A DNA stretch of 64,000 bases, taken from NCBI GenBank assembly GCA_973895155.1, contig OZ316897.1, positions 17,890,457 through 17,954,456 on the forward strand, given 5' to 3'. This DNA is from Marsupella aquatica (taxonomy: Eukaryota > Plantae > Marchantiophyta). Made by a program: the position numbers and the translations under genes. The notes beneath the pieces were generated by a model, which was given only the letters and a program-made list of their open reading frames with translations, was not told the origin of the DNA and ran no database searches. Numbering within the stretch: the stretch's first letter is position 1; each line of letters starts with the position of its first letter. Shown here in pieces: positions 1-12,657 of this stretch.

Positions 1-866
1 GCCCTGACGACTGCTTCGCAGACTTTCATTTAATGTGATGCCAGATATGGGAGGCTATGCCTGGGATGCACAATGAAGACCGGGTCACATCCAATTATAT
101 GGTGGACAGTAAGTAACCCCACAGGCAGAGCTCAAATGTAATTTCAATCATCATACACTGCTAAATTAAAATTCATGATCGTGAGAGTCAGCATTTATTT
201 ATAAAGATAGATATGTGCTAGTTAGCTACTGCAAGCTAGTGCTGAAGTCCATCACTATATATACAGAATACAGAACAAAAAAACATCCTATATTTAATTT
301 GAGACTAACCATGGACTCCAGGAGGTTGAAATCATATATTCTACATTTGCCATCAAAGAGAAGCTAGTCAAGGTTGAAATGATCAATATAAGTTTTTTGG
401 AAGTCGATACAATGACCAAACTCTCAAACTTGGCACATATATGGGTTGCTAGTGGGCACTTGCTGGACAAGCTATCTATAAAGCTAGCATGGACACTCGA
501 GGTACGTATACTTTGCCCATGCTAGCTACAATTGAAGCCCTGCAGGTGCCCTCCATGTACAACCCTCAATGTACTTTTGCCAAGCAGGGCAGTGACTGTT
601 GATACCATACATAAATAGTTCCTGTCAAACACACACATGTAGTTCATGTCAGGAATACTTACTAGACATTCTCATTTCCTGCCGGATAATTATGCAGATC
701 GATGGCATATTGGATACTATACAGATTCTATTCTTGCAATATACTTAAATTGATAAAAACAAAGCACAAAGGCCTAAAGAGACAAAATTAATTCACTTAA
801 AAATAGCCACGGTGAGAAGATAGGTCCGTGCTAGCTAAGGTAAGTACTCACAGGAAAGATCAATTA

Positions 867-3800
867 TTAATTTCGAGAGGACCATCTTATTGGAATGCCT
901 CCTCGTGAATACACAATAACGTCTAATCCATCTTCCAAGCCTTCAATGTCAGCAATAGCCACCCGGGCTGTGACTTGTTCCACCGCTCTCCATTCCATAG
1001 TTGACCTTGTGGACCTGTAGCTTGAGCCTCGAGAAGAATGTGTTTTGTTAACCCAACTGATGTGAACATTGAGATCACTCAATTCTGGACAAGCCCTTGA
1101 AGGGACACCTGTTGCAAGAACCCTAGACTCTAAATTGCAAGTCATATCCTCCATGATTTCCACTCCGTTGCTACCTACACAGGTATGTGCCTCTCCATCC
1201 TCATCATCCAGGTCTACCAATGGCACATCTTCTTCTGTAGATGAAATGTCCACCTGCCGAACAACAGCAAGCTTTAAACCTGAAGTGGATCGAACCTTCA
1301 CGACGTCCTCTGTATGTGGATAGGTTGGGCAGATATGAAGAAAATTATCTTCTATATGATGACGATCCATTCGATCAGAAAGTTCCAAGCACACTATCTC
1401 AGCTAAATTCCTCGCATGCATTGGCACGGATACGTGGGACTGGCAAAAACTTGTGGAGCAACCGAGATACTGGCCGGCAATTGTTGTCCTGGTAAGACTC
1501 AGGAGTTGCCAACAACACCGGCATCCCATAATGATTATCTGTCAATATCTTTGGTGGATTATCGTTGGTTCTCTGTATGCCAAACCAATTTCCTTCAAAA
1601 AATATATCCTGACAGCCCATAAACTCATGGAGGAAGAATTTATTAATTACTGCCCTCCAATTCCAACAATAGCCTGCATCGTTCTCTTCATCAGTCAAGA
1701 CTACTACATGGTCCCTTGTTCTGAAAAGTGTTCCCCTCACTACCACAGATTTTATTGGGGTTACTTTTCTTTCCATTGTCACTTTGCTGTAATCTGTCAA
1801 CACACTGTGCTTAGCCCAATGCATCTCCAAAAAATTTACTGTATCAACGGACATGCCCACTTTCTTCACTCGCTTAGAGACCATGCCAATGCCAATTCCT
1901 CTTTGCAAGATTGAAACTCTGCAGTATGAATTTTCAGGTGAGAAGCTCAGATTCTTCCAAATGTAAAGAGCCTTCACTTGCGAGGACACTACAACAATAC
2001 ATCTCTCATGCCACTGTGGACATGACAAGTCACGTTTATCTCTCACTGCATGCTCATCTTGGTGGGTTCCTGTAGGTCTCAGGTGAATGTGTGCTGTGAC
2101 TAATGCACATTGATGAGGAAGAAAGCCATCATCATCTTCCCAAGTTCGAATTGAGGTTTTGGTGAAAAATAGCCTAGCATGATGACTGGTGTACGTCTGC
2201 TCCTTCTCTTTGTTGTTTGTGGTTGTCCTTCCATAGCCTGAGACCATTCGTTCAAACCTATAGCACCAATAACCCCAATGCGGGCCATGACGTTCAATAT
2301 CATCCAGAAGCTCCCCACTGCCTACAAAGAACACAGAATGCTGTCAGTCAAGTATATATTTGAGCATGCCTTTATCAACCTGGACTGTGAGAAAAGACTT
2401 CAACTCACCACAATACTAATCTAATTAACCAAAATATTAAACTAAAAACAATAAATTGTGGGTACAGGTTTTTGAACTAACAAATCTATATCAACAAACT
2501 TCCCAAAATTCAATCTGATAAGTACTTAGCGTGAACCTGTTATAGGTATGAACGTAGTCATGTACCTGCCACATGTTCCAAGATGGAACCATTACTGCCA
2601 AAAGCTTCTTCACTCCTCACTCGCCAGGAAGCCAGCAATTTCCGTGCTTTCTCTATGGTGGATTTGTGCCACCCTTCTTCCCTACTCTGTATGTAAAACA
2701 GTCTACCAATCTCACACAACAGCATGCCGATGGAACCCAGACTTGTATCACTTCCTATTCCTAGCCTTTGCAATATGTGAGGCAAACAATATATTACAAA
2801 TCTTACATATTCTTCTGCCTTAAAAAAGCCCAGCCTACTTGAAGGGTCTATAGGCCACCTCCCGTCAAGAGATTTAGGCTTATTGGCAGTCACTTATGCC
2901 AAAGCCTCTTCTAAAATCTTTTTATCTGACGTTGATAGTTGTTGCATCAAATTCTCAACATAGGATTTGAACAAATTAAGGGCCATCACATGCATGACAT
3001 CATAGACCAAATCATTTATCAAGCAGAAACCAAAAGTGCTATGTAATCTCCAAGCCTTGGTTTTCTTGCTAATCCCCGACTCCTGGGAGATGGTGACTTG
3101 TTGGGCCCTAGATGTGCAATGCACAATGTCCTCTGCAGCATTTTGTGCATCAGCTAAATTTCTTTTTGCTGGCGGATGTCGAAGTAGGTAACGATTACCA
3201 CAGTAGACCACTGTGCCTCCTGCTCCACGAGTAGATCTATTGGGATGCTTTCTCCAAGTCCCTTTCATGCAGCACCTCCTACAAGCAGAATAGCCCTTAA
3301 CACACCATCCACCAAATTTACATTGGGCTGGATGATCCCCTGTGAATATGCACAATTGACATCTACATCTAAATGTACTAGTTCGGATCATGGGATGTAT
3401 TATCTCAGGTTGGTAGGAAAAAGTGCAAATGAACCCATCAACAAATAGCTTTTGGAGATCTCTAATTAGTGGCTCCAAGAAAGCATCTAAATTATTAAAC
3501 TTGCGTTTGGTCAATTTCTCTGTCTGACTGTGCGGTATAAACAATACAGGAATTGGCTGCATGTCAGATCTGATGCCCATATTTAGTATACTGATTTCCA
3601 TAGTCCAGGTGCTTCGGTAACTAGACCTAGCAGACTGAAATCCGTCCCAATGAGCCATCAACGCCAGATTTCGAGGATCCCCCTGGTCACATGCAACAGA
3701 AGAATATATCCAAGAAAATAAGAACAAGCATTGCAAAACCAGTGGTAAAAAACATGAATGTGTATATGGAAACCAACCGTGAAGCAAAAAATTGGCCAAC

Positions 3801-5237
3801 AAACATATATATGAGATCTTGATTATTTAACATGATTCCTACCTGTGAATGCATTTGCTGTGTCTTGATATGGGCCCCGCATGCACAATCAAACTCATAG
3901 AAAATAATTCCATCGTCTACAACCGTTTTCTCCTTCAGCAGGTCACATTTTTGAGGATACGTCTGGTAGGCAGTGTAACATGACCGACATAGAACGGGAA
4001 GCTCAAATGTTTGAGTTGGATCCCAAAACCAGGACTTTGCTTTGGCTGCAGATCCATCCCACCATTCCCGGATGACATTTTCTGGAGGAGTATTACCACT
4101 GTGAAGCCACCTGCCTCGATCTCGCCACATAGTGAGGATCTCATGACAAATACTTCGAGACAAGCACAATTTGCGGATCAATGGTGCTATGGGGATGTAA
4201 TCAAACTTTAGCATATCTTTCCGTTTCTGACCACATCCAGGAAATGTGCACCGCTCAGTACAGGTTTCACAGTCTCTTTGAAGGACCCGTGACAAGTTTG
4301 TCCCAATGCCAGCTTGGCAAGAACACTTAAGAGAAGTTGAAAAATTCAAATCCTCTTGCTTGCTTGGACCAAAGACAAGAGCTTCATGATGGTTGCCTAG
4401 GGATCCAAGGCACATTCGCCACCGCTCAGGTTGTGGCGCCCCCATGGTCTGATAGGAAGCTTCCAAACCCTTGAAGGTTCCCAATGATGATAAGCCAAAA
4501 GGTCCACCAGCCCAAGCAAGGCCAGCGTGTCTAAGTAGTGGGCCTATTTTCATACCTCTATAATCATCATTGATAACACACCTATCAGTTCCTTCAAACA
4601 AACACCTCAGAATTTTGTCTTGCAGATCTACTGGAACTTTTGCCTCGTCAAGCAATGAGTTCAGTCTAATTGTTTCTCTGTGGATGGCCTCATGGAGGGA
4701 TAATGATGTTTCTTGCGAAACATGCACTGAATAGTTCGCAGACTGTGGAGGGTCCTCTGAGAGTGGAGGAACATTGGTAGACTGCGGAAAGTCTTCTGAG
4801 AGTGAAGGAACATTGGCAGACTGTGGAGGGTCTTCTGAGAGTGGAGGAACATTACTATTGTCATGGCGACTCTCATTAGAGTCCAAGAATTCATTGGGGG
4901 TTGACTCGCTTGGTAAGCCTGAGGTGCCAAGAAATGCTCTTTGTAAAGAGTTTTGGTTACGGAACCACCGCTGGGACCTATTCATATGGTCCACACAAAT
5001 TTGTGCAGAGCCAATGAGAGATGACTGGCCAACAGGTTGGCCTTCAAGGCCAAATGCACTGTTAGAGAGGCGCCGAACATCAATGAAGGCTCCGGCATCA
5101 TCTTTCTTTGCATGGTATTGCCTTGACCGGATACTTATAAAATCAAATCCTTGTGGGAGACGTGAACAACGATATTTGCATTCACATCTAACTAGGTTGG
5201 GGTTGCTAGGGGGATGCATGGAAGACATTTCAACCAA
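867..5237 (-). pseudogene. CACTA/EnSpm (Tnp2-type) DDE transposase, spliced, disrupted
   Basis: Motifs FDYIPIAPLIRKL, WWDGS, RNLALMAHWDGFQ, LDAFLEPLIRDLQKL, FTGDHPAQCKFGG..GYSACRRC, YDVMHVMALNLFK, FKAEEY, HGPHWGYWCYRFERMV. GT-AG introns 3683-3842 (SQ|GDPRN) and 2322-2565 (VAG|SGEL) join the ORFs in frame. In-frame TAA at 2896-2894 and an apparent frameshift near 1420. Confidence 0.85.
4740..4853 (-). repeat. 39-bp tandem repeat x3 inside the transposase CDS (NVPPLSEDPPQSA)
   Basis: GACTGTGGAGGGTCCTCTGAGAGTGGAGGAACATT-like units repeated. Confidence 0.85.
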
Positions 5238-5699
5238 TTAATACAAGGAACTTAATTAATCGATCGTAGTTAACTAGGATAGCCCGAAGGCCCCTCCAGA
5301 TCTGATCTGATGATGTACATAAATATGGGAGTACTTTCCCACGTTAATAACATGGACCACCACTTATCGGATGTTTTGTCACAATTAGCAGGTAGATCAA
5401 CCTGAATGCTCAAGGTCTGCATTGAGTAAACTGTCATCTCTCTAGCATAATAGTAATATATCTCTGAGAAAAATGAGGCTAAGACTTAAGCCTTAGCAGC
5501 CCACCTATATATACAGACACTCTAGTTGACAAATTGGATATATCCAATTTGTACGTATGATGTCCGGCCAATGCCATTCGGGAGATATGTACTGTACGTA
5601 CAAAGACATCAGCCCATGCACTGTTACTCCTGTGATAAATTGCCAGTCATGGATAAATCGATCAACGCACAGCTTCTTGAGGGTTCACAGCACTTGCAT

Positions 5700-8620
5700 G
5701 TATCAAGTTCGCACAAAAGCAATCTTGTCATTTGCAGATCTATGACGATCAAAGCTAATACATCCAGCATAAATTGAGCATGCATCAGCAAATCAAATTT
5801 TGGAGCAACAGTGGCAGCAATCGATGAACATATTCAGGATTGGAATCCACTAGCACGCTAGCTAGCTTGCTGGCAAACAATGGCTCCAGCGCAAACCTGC
5901 AGGAAGGACTAAGGATTTGTAAAACCGGGTGTGAAGATGTACGTCATGGACGACCAAAATCCAAGGCTGCACAACAGAAGGCCAAGTAGAGATCAAGAAA
6001 GAATCTTTTAGCAGAACTGCTTGTCCTTCAAAACCAAAATGTATTATTCAAAAAAGCAGCACCATGCCAGAACTGTTCAATTCACTCCTCTAGCTCAGAT
6101 CGAACAAACATCATCATTGAAAAGCTAGCGCCGCCAATTATGAATACGTACAAAACCTTGACGTGAATCCACCCTCATTTTCTTTTGGCGCCTATCACAT
6201 TGCCTAAAAGTTCAGACATTGCATCCTAGTCCTGAATTTATCTTTTGACAGGCCTGTACGTACGTGCATGCAGCTAGCTACTCCTCTTCTACCAGGTGGA
6301 GCAGGTACACTTCCTTGCGCGTGCAGTAGAGTGGGCCGGCCTGCGCAATGGGAAAAACCACGTACATGCAATCAATTCAAATTGTCTGTAAGACAAGGAT
6401 CAAACAGAAGGAGCAAGTCCTTCAAATGAAGTCTACAGTGTTTACTACACGCCACTACAATACCTCTCCGGCACTTCAAGACCTAGGAATAAAATTAGAT
6501 GCACTTGCTAAACTGGGAACCAAAAATGCCAGACGTATTTTGATTTGAATAGGTGTTTTAAGACTTTGTTCTCGATCTCTGAATCAAAATCTTTTCGGGA
6601 CATAAAATTCATCGGCTACTAACTAACAGCGCAATTTCTCCATGTCACAAGATTGCATATCAGATGAGTATATCAATGTACGGACTACGATTCTCTCTGA
6701 GTGCGTCTGTAGGAGCAGTATTGCATCGCCATCCTTGACAGAGAGCAGTGACGCTACTGCACAGAAGCTAGTTTCATGCATGGATTGCAGACAGACCCGG
6801 AGCAGTCGGACAGAAGTTTCATGCATGGATTGCAGACAGACCCGGAGCAGTCGAACGACATATTCCACGGACTGCATCGCACCACGTACCAACCAACAAC
6901 GCTGACAAAGCAGCAATGGAAGAAACGAACCTAATCAGGACTGGTCCTAAACGCACGTCAACTCGAGTCTCCCATTGTTCAACAAACGATGGAGGAGGAG
7001 ACGTACAATTTGACTCAATTCCGACATTGTTCAACGAAGGATGGACGAGACAGCAATTATTTCTGCCAAAAACTCCACTTTGACTCAAATCCGCCATTGT
7101 TCGATCAAAGAGTGATGATCTGACATCATTCATTTCTACAAGAGAAGACAATGACAAATGGTTCAAATTTTCCCGCCCCGGTTTCTACCCAACTCTCCCT
7201 AACAAATCCATACGTACTATCACTGCCACAGTTGAAGAAGTTACACAGAAGCATTTCATAATTCAAAGAATTTTACTGACCTTGCATGGCCACCTGTAAA
7301 AGTCGTCCACAACCAACTTTGCACCTGTAAAACTTACAAGACCTTTCCATTCCAATAATAGCATACCTCAGTATATAAGGGCCAAAGAGAGTACATGCGT
7401 TGTCTAGACAATGCAGAGCTCGATCTAAAGGTCTTTGATTAATGACGAGTCCACCGATGGAGTGATAGATAGACGAGGAACACCGGGGGCGGCTCTGACC
7501 ATTCTGTACCTGGTATGAGATCCGCAAACAGATCAATTTTTTGCGAATTAACAAGCGTCATTCTGAGGGTTGATTTGTCTAGCAATATACCCGTAAGACA
7601 TAGATAGTATCCTTGCATTAGGAAGTTGAAATGGGAGCCAGTCCCTAGGCCAGATCAGCTGCCTTTCTCCCGGCCCATAGCCCCTGAACCACTCCAAAAC
7701 GCATCTTCTTAGTCACCGAGCTGAAGTCCAGGAAAAATATGATGTCGATCCATCTCAGGAATTGAACCCTGTTAGGAGAGTGTACCATTCCCAGAGGGAG
7801 TCGTCCATCTTCACATCGAAAGACCAAATGAAAGCATTGTCATAATTTTGATGGTCAATCAAGTTACATTGGATGCAAATTAACTCTGGCCCCCGTGTTA
7901 ACTCATCAAGAGAAAATATTCAAATGAGTAATATATTGTGCTGCTAGCTTACCAGGAGGAGGAAAACGTGCCGCTAGATCGAGCTAGGAATTGTGTTGCT
8001 TAGCAGGAAGGAAGAAACATATATGCCGCTAGCTAGCTTCCTGTACGTTCCACTTGAAACCAGGTACAAGCTAGGAGGGTTAATTCTGCACACAACATCC
8101 ATATAAAGTTAACAAGAGACCAATGTTAACATTTGCAGATCTACGACCATGGAGCCAATACATCCAACATAGATTCAACACGCATTTGCAATCCAATTTT
8201 GGAGCTAGCTAGCAACAGTACATTCAACATTCAGTTCAAATCGACTAGCTTGCTCGCAAGCAATTAATGAAGGGCAGCGCAAACCTGTAGGACGGACTAA
8301 GCATTCCTAAAACCAGAAAACGTGCAGCTAGCTTCCTGGTCCAGCTAAAACCAAGTAAAAGGAGAGTTCTGCACACAACATCCATATGAAGTTAGCACGA
8401 GAGCAATGTTAACACTTGCAGATCTAAGATGGAGGCAATACATCTAGTATACATTGAACACGCATCTGCAGATCTAATTTTTGAGCAACAGTGACACATT
8501 TAGTACTGAAATCCACGCATTGAAATCCTCATACCATTGAATCTACTAGCTCGTGGGCAAGCAATGGGGGGCAAACCTGTAGGACGGACTAAGGATTTGC
8601 ACAACCAGATGTAGATCAAA
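5700..8620. repeat. Three dispersed copies of a ~230-bp unit (about 5700-5930, 8090-8320, 8370-8620)
   Basis: Shared TTGCAGATCTA...AATACATC...TTTTGGAGC...GCAAACCTG(C/T)AGGA(A/C)GGACTAAG. Confidence 0.7.
6762..6853. repeat. 48-bp tandem duplication
   Basis: GTTTCATGCATGGATTGCAGACAGACCCGGAGCAGTCG occurs twice. Confidence 0.85.
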
Positions 8621-8984
8621 CGCAACATTGAGAATTTGTGTGGCTTACCAAGAGGAAGGAAACGTGCCGTTAACTAGAAACGTGCTGCTAGCTAGAAACT
8701 GTGTTGCTTAGCAGGAGGGAGGAAACGGGCCGCGAGGTTCCGATTCCAGCTAAAATAAACCAGGTACACGGAGGAATCTTGACTGATGCAGAACTTTACG
8801 AGTAGCTAGGCGGAGCTTTGACACTCCGATTGAGTAGGCGTAGCCCGGACTTACGTACAGGCTCAGCACGTACAATACTAACCAGTAATATAGCACATTT
8901 TAGGATCAAAGATGAACAGCCAACACAAACTTACGGGCTCAGGACAATTAGGGCTAGTATTTCAGCACTATTTACTTATCGCAA

Positions 8985-9200
8985 TAATATCTAAGCCAGT
9001 CCAAAATATTTCAGGAGCTAATTAAAAGCTGTTCTATATTGCTTCAAATGATGAGTTCAGCAGATCAATCCACCTAGCTAGGAAGCCGTAGCTAATATCT
9101 AAGCCAGTATGTCCAAAATATTACAAAAGCTAAGCTATTCTAGATTGCTTCAATGATGAGTTCAGCAGATCAACCCACCTAGCTAGGAAGGCTTAGCAGC
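8985..9200. repeat. ~108-bp tandem duplication
   Basis: TAATATCTAAGCCAGT...GATGAGTTCAGCAGATCAA..CACCTAGCTAGGAAG occurs twice. Confidence 0.8.
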
Positions 9201-10374
9201 GCCAAACTACACATTACTCAGAATTTATGAATCAGTTGAGGATCCTAAGCCTCAAAGATTCCGGGCACTAAGTTTCTTTATTGCTTTATATATACAGTAA
9301 TCAAGGGTTTTGTCTCATTCTGCACACTCAGTTTGAACACATTGATCGATAGCTAGATCCAATTCTACCCAATCTAACTATAGATAGTCTTTGGTACGTG
9401 AAAGTTAATTGTCAATAGAAATATCATTATATATTGATCAATTCTTGTTTTACATGATCCTTTAAATATGTGATCATCCCAACGCTATATTTGTTTCTTT
9501 CAGTTTCATTTTATATTGTACTTTTAGGTGGGGCTGGGCCCTCATGTACGTATTTGGTCTGTTATCTATAAGCTCCAAGAAGTTTCTTTTCGAGGACAAA
9601 GAAAGTAAATCTGTAGAGGTCAATTATGTTGCAAGTAATGAAGACCTTTGACACTATTCATGTTGCGGACCAACAAATAACATTAATGAATGGTGTTCGG
9701 TTCATCCTGCCTCGGGTTCCAGGTTCCACTTAGACTGTTACAGGAATATATGTCTAAAATATGCTACTTATTGTTACTAGACTCTGACTAGTTTAGTAGT
9801 GGCTTTGCAGTTGTTGTAGATGTGTCCACTGTCCAGCGCGCTGCTCCATCCCAGTTTGGCGTACATGGTTTGGGCTCTTTTAGTTCTATTGTCTTGTTGT
9901 TTTCTATGAGATCAATTAATTGGGAATTTGGGATCCTTGCTGCTTTATTCGGTGATTTACTAATTGGGACATCAGATACTATAATGTATCATTACGTACA
10001 CCGTTGCACCAAAAAGGACGCAGCTTTGACAGGAGGTGTTGACGGACTAAATTTACTTTTCTGGACTCAAATTTGAGCCGTTGGATCTCTAAAATGTTCC
10101 TGTCCACTGTGGATCATGCTTTCTCCCTGTCCCAAGGCACCTAAAAATTGGCTCAGCAGCCCTGGTCGGGCAAACAGCCATGCTCTGCCGTGCCGTGCAA
10201 ATTTTACTCCACACCTCATGACCCTGTGCAGTTTCTCGTGCAATTTTAGATGGGAGGGAAGGTGTGAGGTAATTAATTAACGAGGGCAGTAGGCCCAACC
10301 TTTCAGTCTCCCTCTGGGTTTTGTGGGAAGAAGAAAGGAAAGGGACGCCAAAGTGTCATGCTTTTGCTGACATC

Positions 10375-10612
10375 CGGGAAGGTTTGGCAGGCTCTTCGCC
10401 ACCTGGGGGCGGTAGTAGGTTCCAAGGTTGGATTGTTCGCCCATTAAAGCATGAGCTAGGTTCAGAATGTAGTGAGACAGTTTGCTCCATATCCGGCGCA
10501 GGCATTAGAGCATTGAGAGTACCTTTCCCTAGCAAGAGAGAACGAGGAATTAAGGACGCACCTCTGGTGTACCAGTTATTGTGCCAACAGTAAACGCTGG
10601 ATAGCCAAGTGC
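10375..10612 (+). pseudogene. rrn23: Plastid 23S rRNA fragment (NUPT), 3' part of domain V/VI
   Basis: GGGAAGGTTTGGCA..GGCTCTTCGCCACCTGGGG, TGTTCGCCCATTAAAGC, CCATATCCGG, TTAGAGCATTGAGA..ACCTTTCCCTAG and AAGGACGCACCTCTGGTGTACCAGTTAT match chloroplast 23S rRNA, with small deletions and substitutions. Confidence 0.9.
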
Positions 10613-12592
10613 ATAAATTTGAATTCAAATATAGTCCCCTACTCAAACAGAACTTGACCTGGTGTGCATATATGTGCTGAATTGACGTTGTATTTGAGTG
10701 AGAAACGCCAATTTCTAGTCTTGAAGCATATTTTTGCAATATTCAAACACAACACCACGGCATTTCCATTAGCCAAAAGAAGGTGGTAGTAGGACAAACT
10801 CCCTGGGCCATAAGCATTAATAATAATGGGTCTGACATGCAAATGGATGAAGGTAGCAATAAATCAATTTTTAAATTAATTTTTGTAATCAGGTATGAAA
10901 TAGCACCTTTTGGTTTTATTTTGTGAACCCATTATAAGTGCTTCAGGCTGGCCAAATTATTTTGCTTGAAAAGGTGGCTTGTAATGTTACATGCCATGCA
11001 TCATGACTGTCGTGGGTGGTCCATGTGGCCATTGTTTATTCCACACATGTACATTGCAGGGATATTGAGATATTAATATTTGGATAGAATAAACATGTTT
11101 ATGTAAATGTTTTGAAGGGGACACATTGCCGGTTTTAACATCCCCATAACAAAATGAAATGAGCAGGATTGAGAAGGCTCTTGGTAAAGGGATAAGACGT
11201 GGGAGGATTGGGGAGGGGGGGGTTGGGAGTCATATAGGGTCCTTCAACCCAAAACAATTTGAAATGAAGATCAAAGAGGGTTTAGATTAGCACATACAAA
11301 CCACAAATACAACCCCCATCATAGTGCTAGTTGGGGCTATGGTAGGGTATTGCTACTTTAGTGGTGCTTAATTTTGACTTGTTGGACTGTTTTAGTGGTG
11401 CTTAATTTCCTTTCTCAATTTAACCTTGATGTTGCAATGTTATCCATTCAAAGTCCATTTCAATTGGATTGAACTAGAGTGGAAGGAGGGGAACTATCGA
11501 AGCTATATAAACAAGAAGCATTTGCTGCTACCTCCCTTGCTTCCCTAGGAGTTTGTTCCTCCACAGTAAGAAAAGGTTTAGAATCTATATATAGATACAC
11601 TATCCTTTCAGGTATATATGGTATCCACTTGCACATGATGTGATGGACTTTGATAAGTGTTCAGGTGTTTATTGAAGGTGCAAGAGAGACATGTTAATAT
11701 TCCCAAGGGATAAATTTAGTATACGAAACCAAGTTTTTTTCAGGATAACAAGGGAAAATTTAAGCGCCTTTCAATTAAAATATAAAGGGTTACCAAGGGG
11801 GCCCTTCACACATGCTATATACGTAAGTACCCCTAGCTTAATTTACAAAGGTTGGGGGCCTTGGGGCCAAACTAAGAAGAGTTGATAATGAGGCCAGGTG
11901 AGTGCTGATTTGGGCCAAGAAGATTATGAACAACAACGTACATACATACTATTGGGTACATTTGCCCCAAAAATAGGTCCAACAAAAGGTTTAAGATATT
12001 CAAAACCCATGTCTCTTCTATACTTAGCAAATTAAGGAGATGACCAGCCAGAAAGATAATATTTGGGACATCTAGTGAATTGAACCTCAAATTGAACCTA
12101 CTAAATAACAACATAATTATATTCTGGATGTCCATCATAATCTTACTTTTCCAAAGACTTTTCACATTCAGTTGTTTGAACAAATAGCTAAGAGAATGAA
12201 AAATTACTTAGATAATATTTCAAGGGTCATTTAGCTGGCCTAAAATTTCATGCACATTCAACCCCATTTTACAGTAGGATGGTACAAGAAGCCAACAGAA
12301 AACCAGGCAAAAAACAAGGAGGTCATATTTGGGATGTTAGCCCTAATGAAGGTTCAAATAATTAAGTTTAATTATTTGGATTGGGTCAATAAGTCAAGGA
12401 AATGAGCAACAACATAATGTATAGGACATGCATTTAGCCAAGGAGTTTACATTGAACCAACCCTGGCCTTTTGGACAATAAGCCAAGGGAATGAGCACCA
12501 AGATGACATTTGAAACATTAATACTTTAGTGCATTCAAAGAGTCCACTCTGACATGTGTACATCCTTGATTCATTATATATACACCAGGAGA

Positions 12593-12657
12593 GGTTTAAG
12601 AGTTTAGGGTTTAGGGTTCAAGGGTTTAGACCCTTAACCCCTAAACCCAAAACCCCC
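12593..12657. repeat. Short interstitial telomere-like repeats in inverted arrangement
   Basis: GTTTAGGGTTTAGGGTTCAAGGGTTTAGA followed directly by CCCTTAACCCCTAAACCCAAAACCC. Confidence 0.7.

Noticed and set aside
6623-7827. Minus-strand exon-like ORFs
   Set aside because: No family recognised and no consistent splice model built.
10321-10739. ORFs or a functional rRNA gene
   Set aside because: A short, deleted plastid 23S fragment; the ORFs are incidental.
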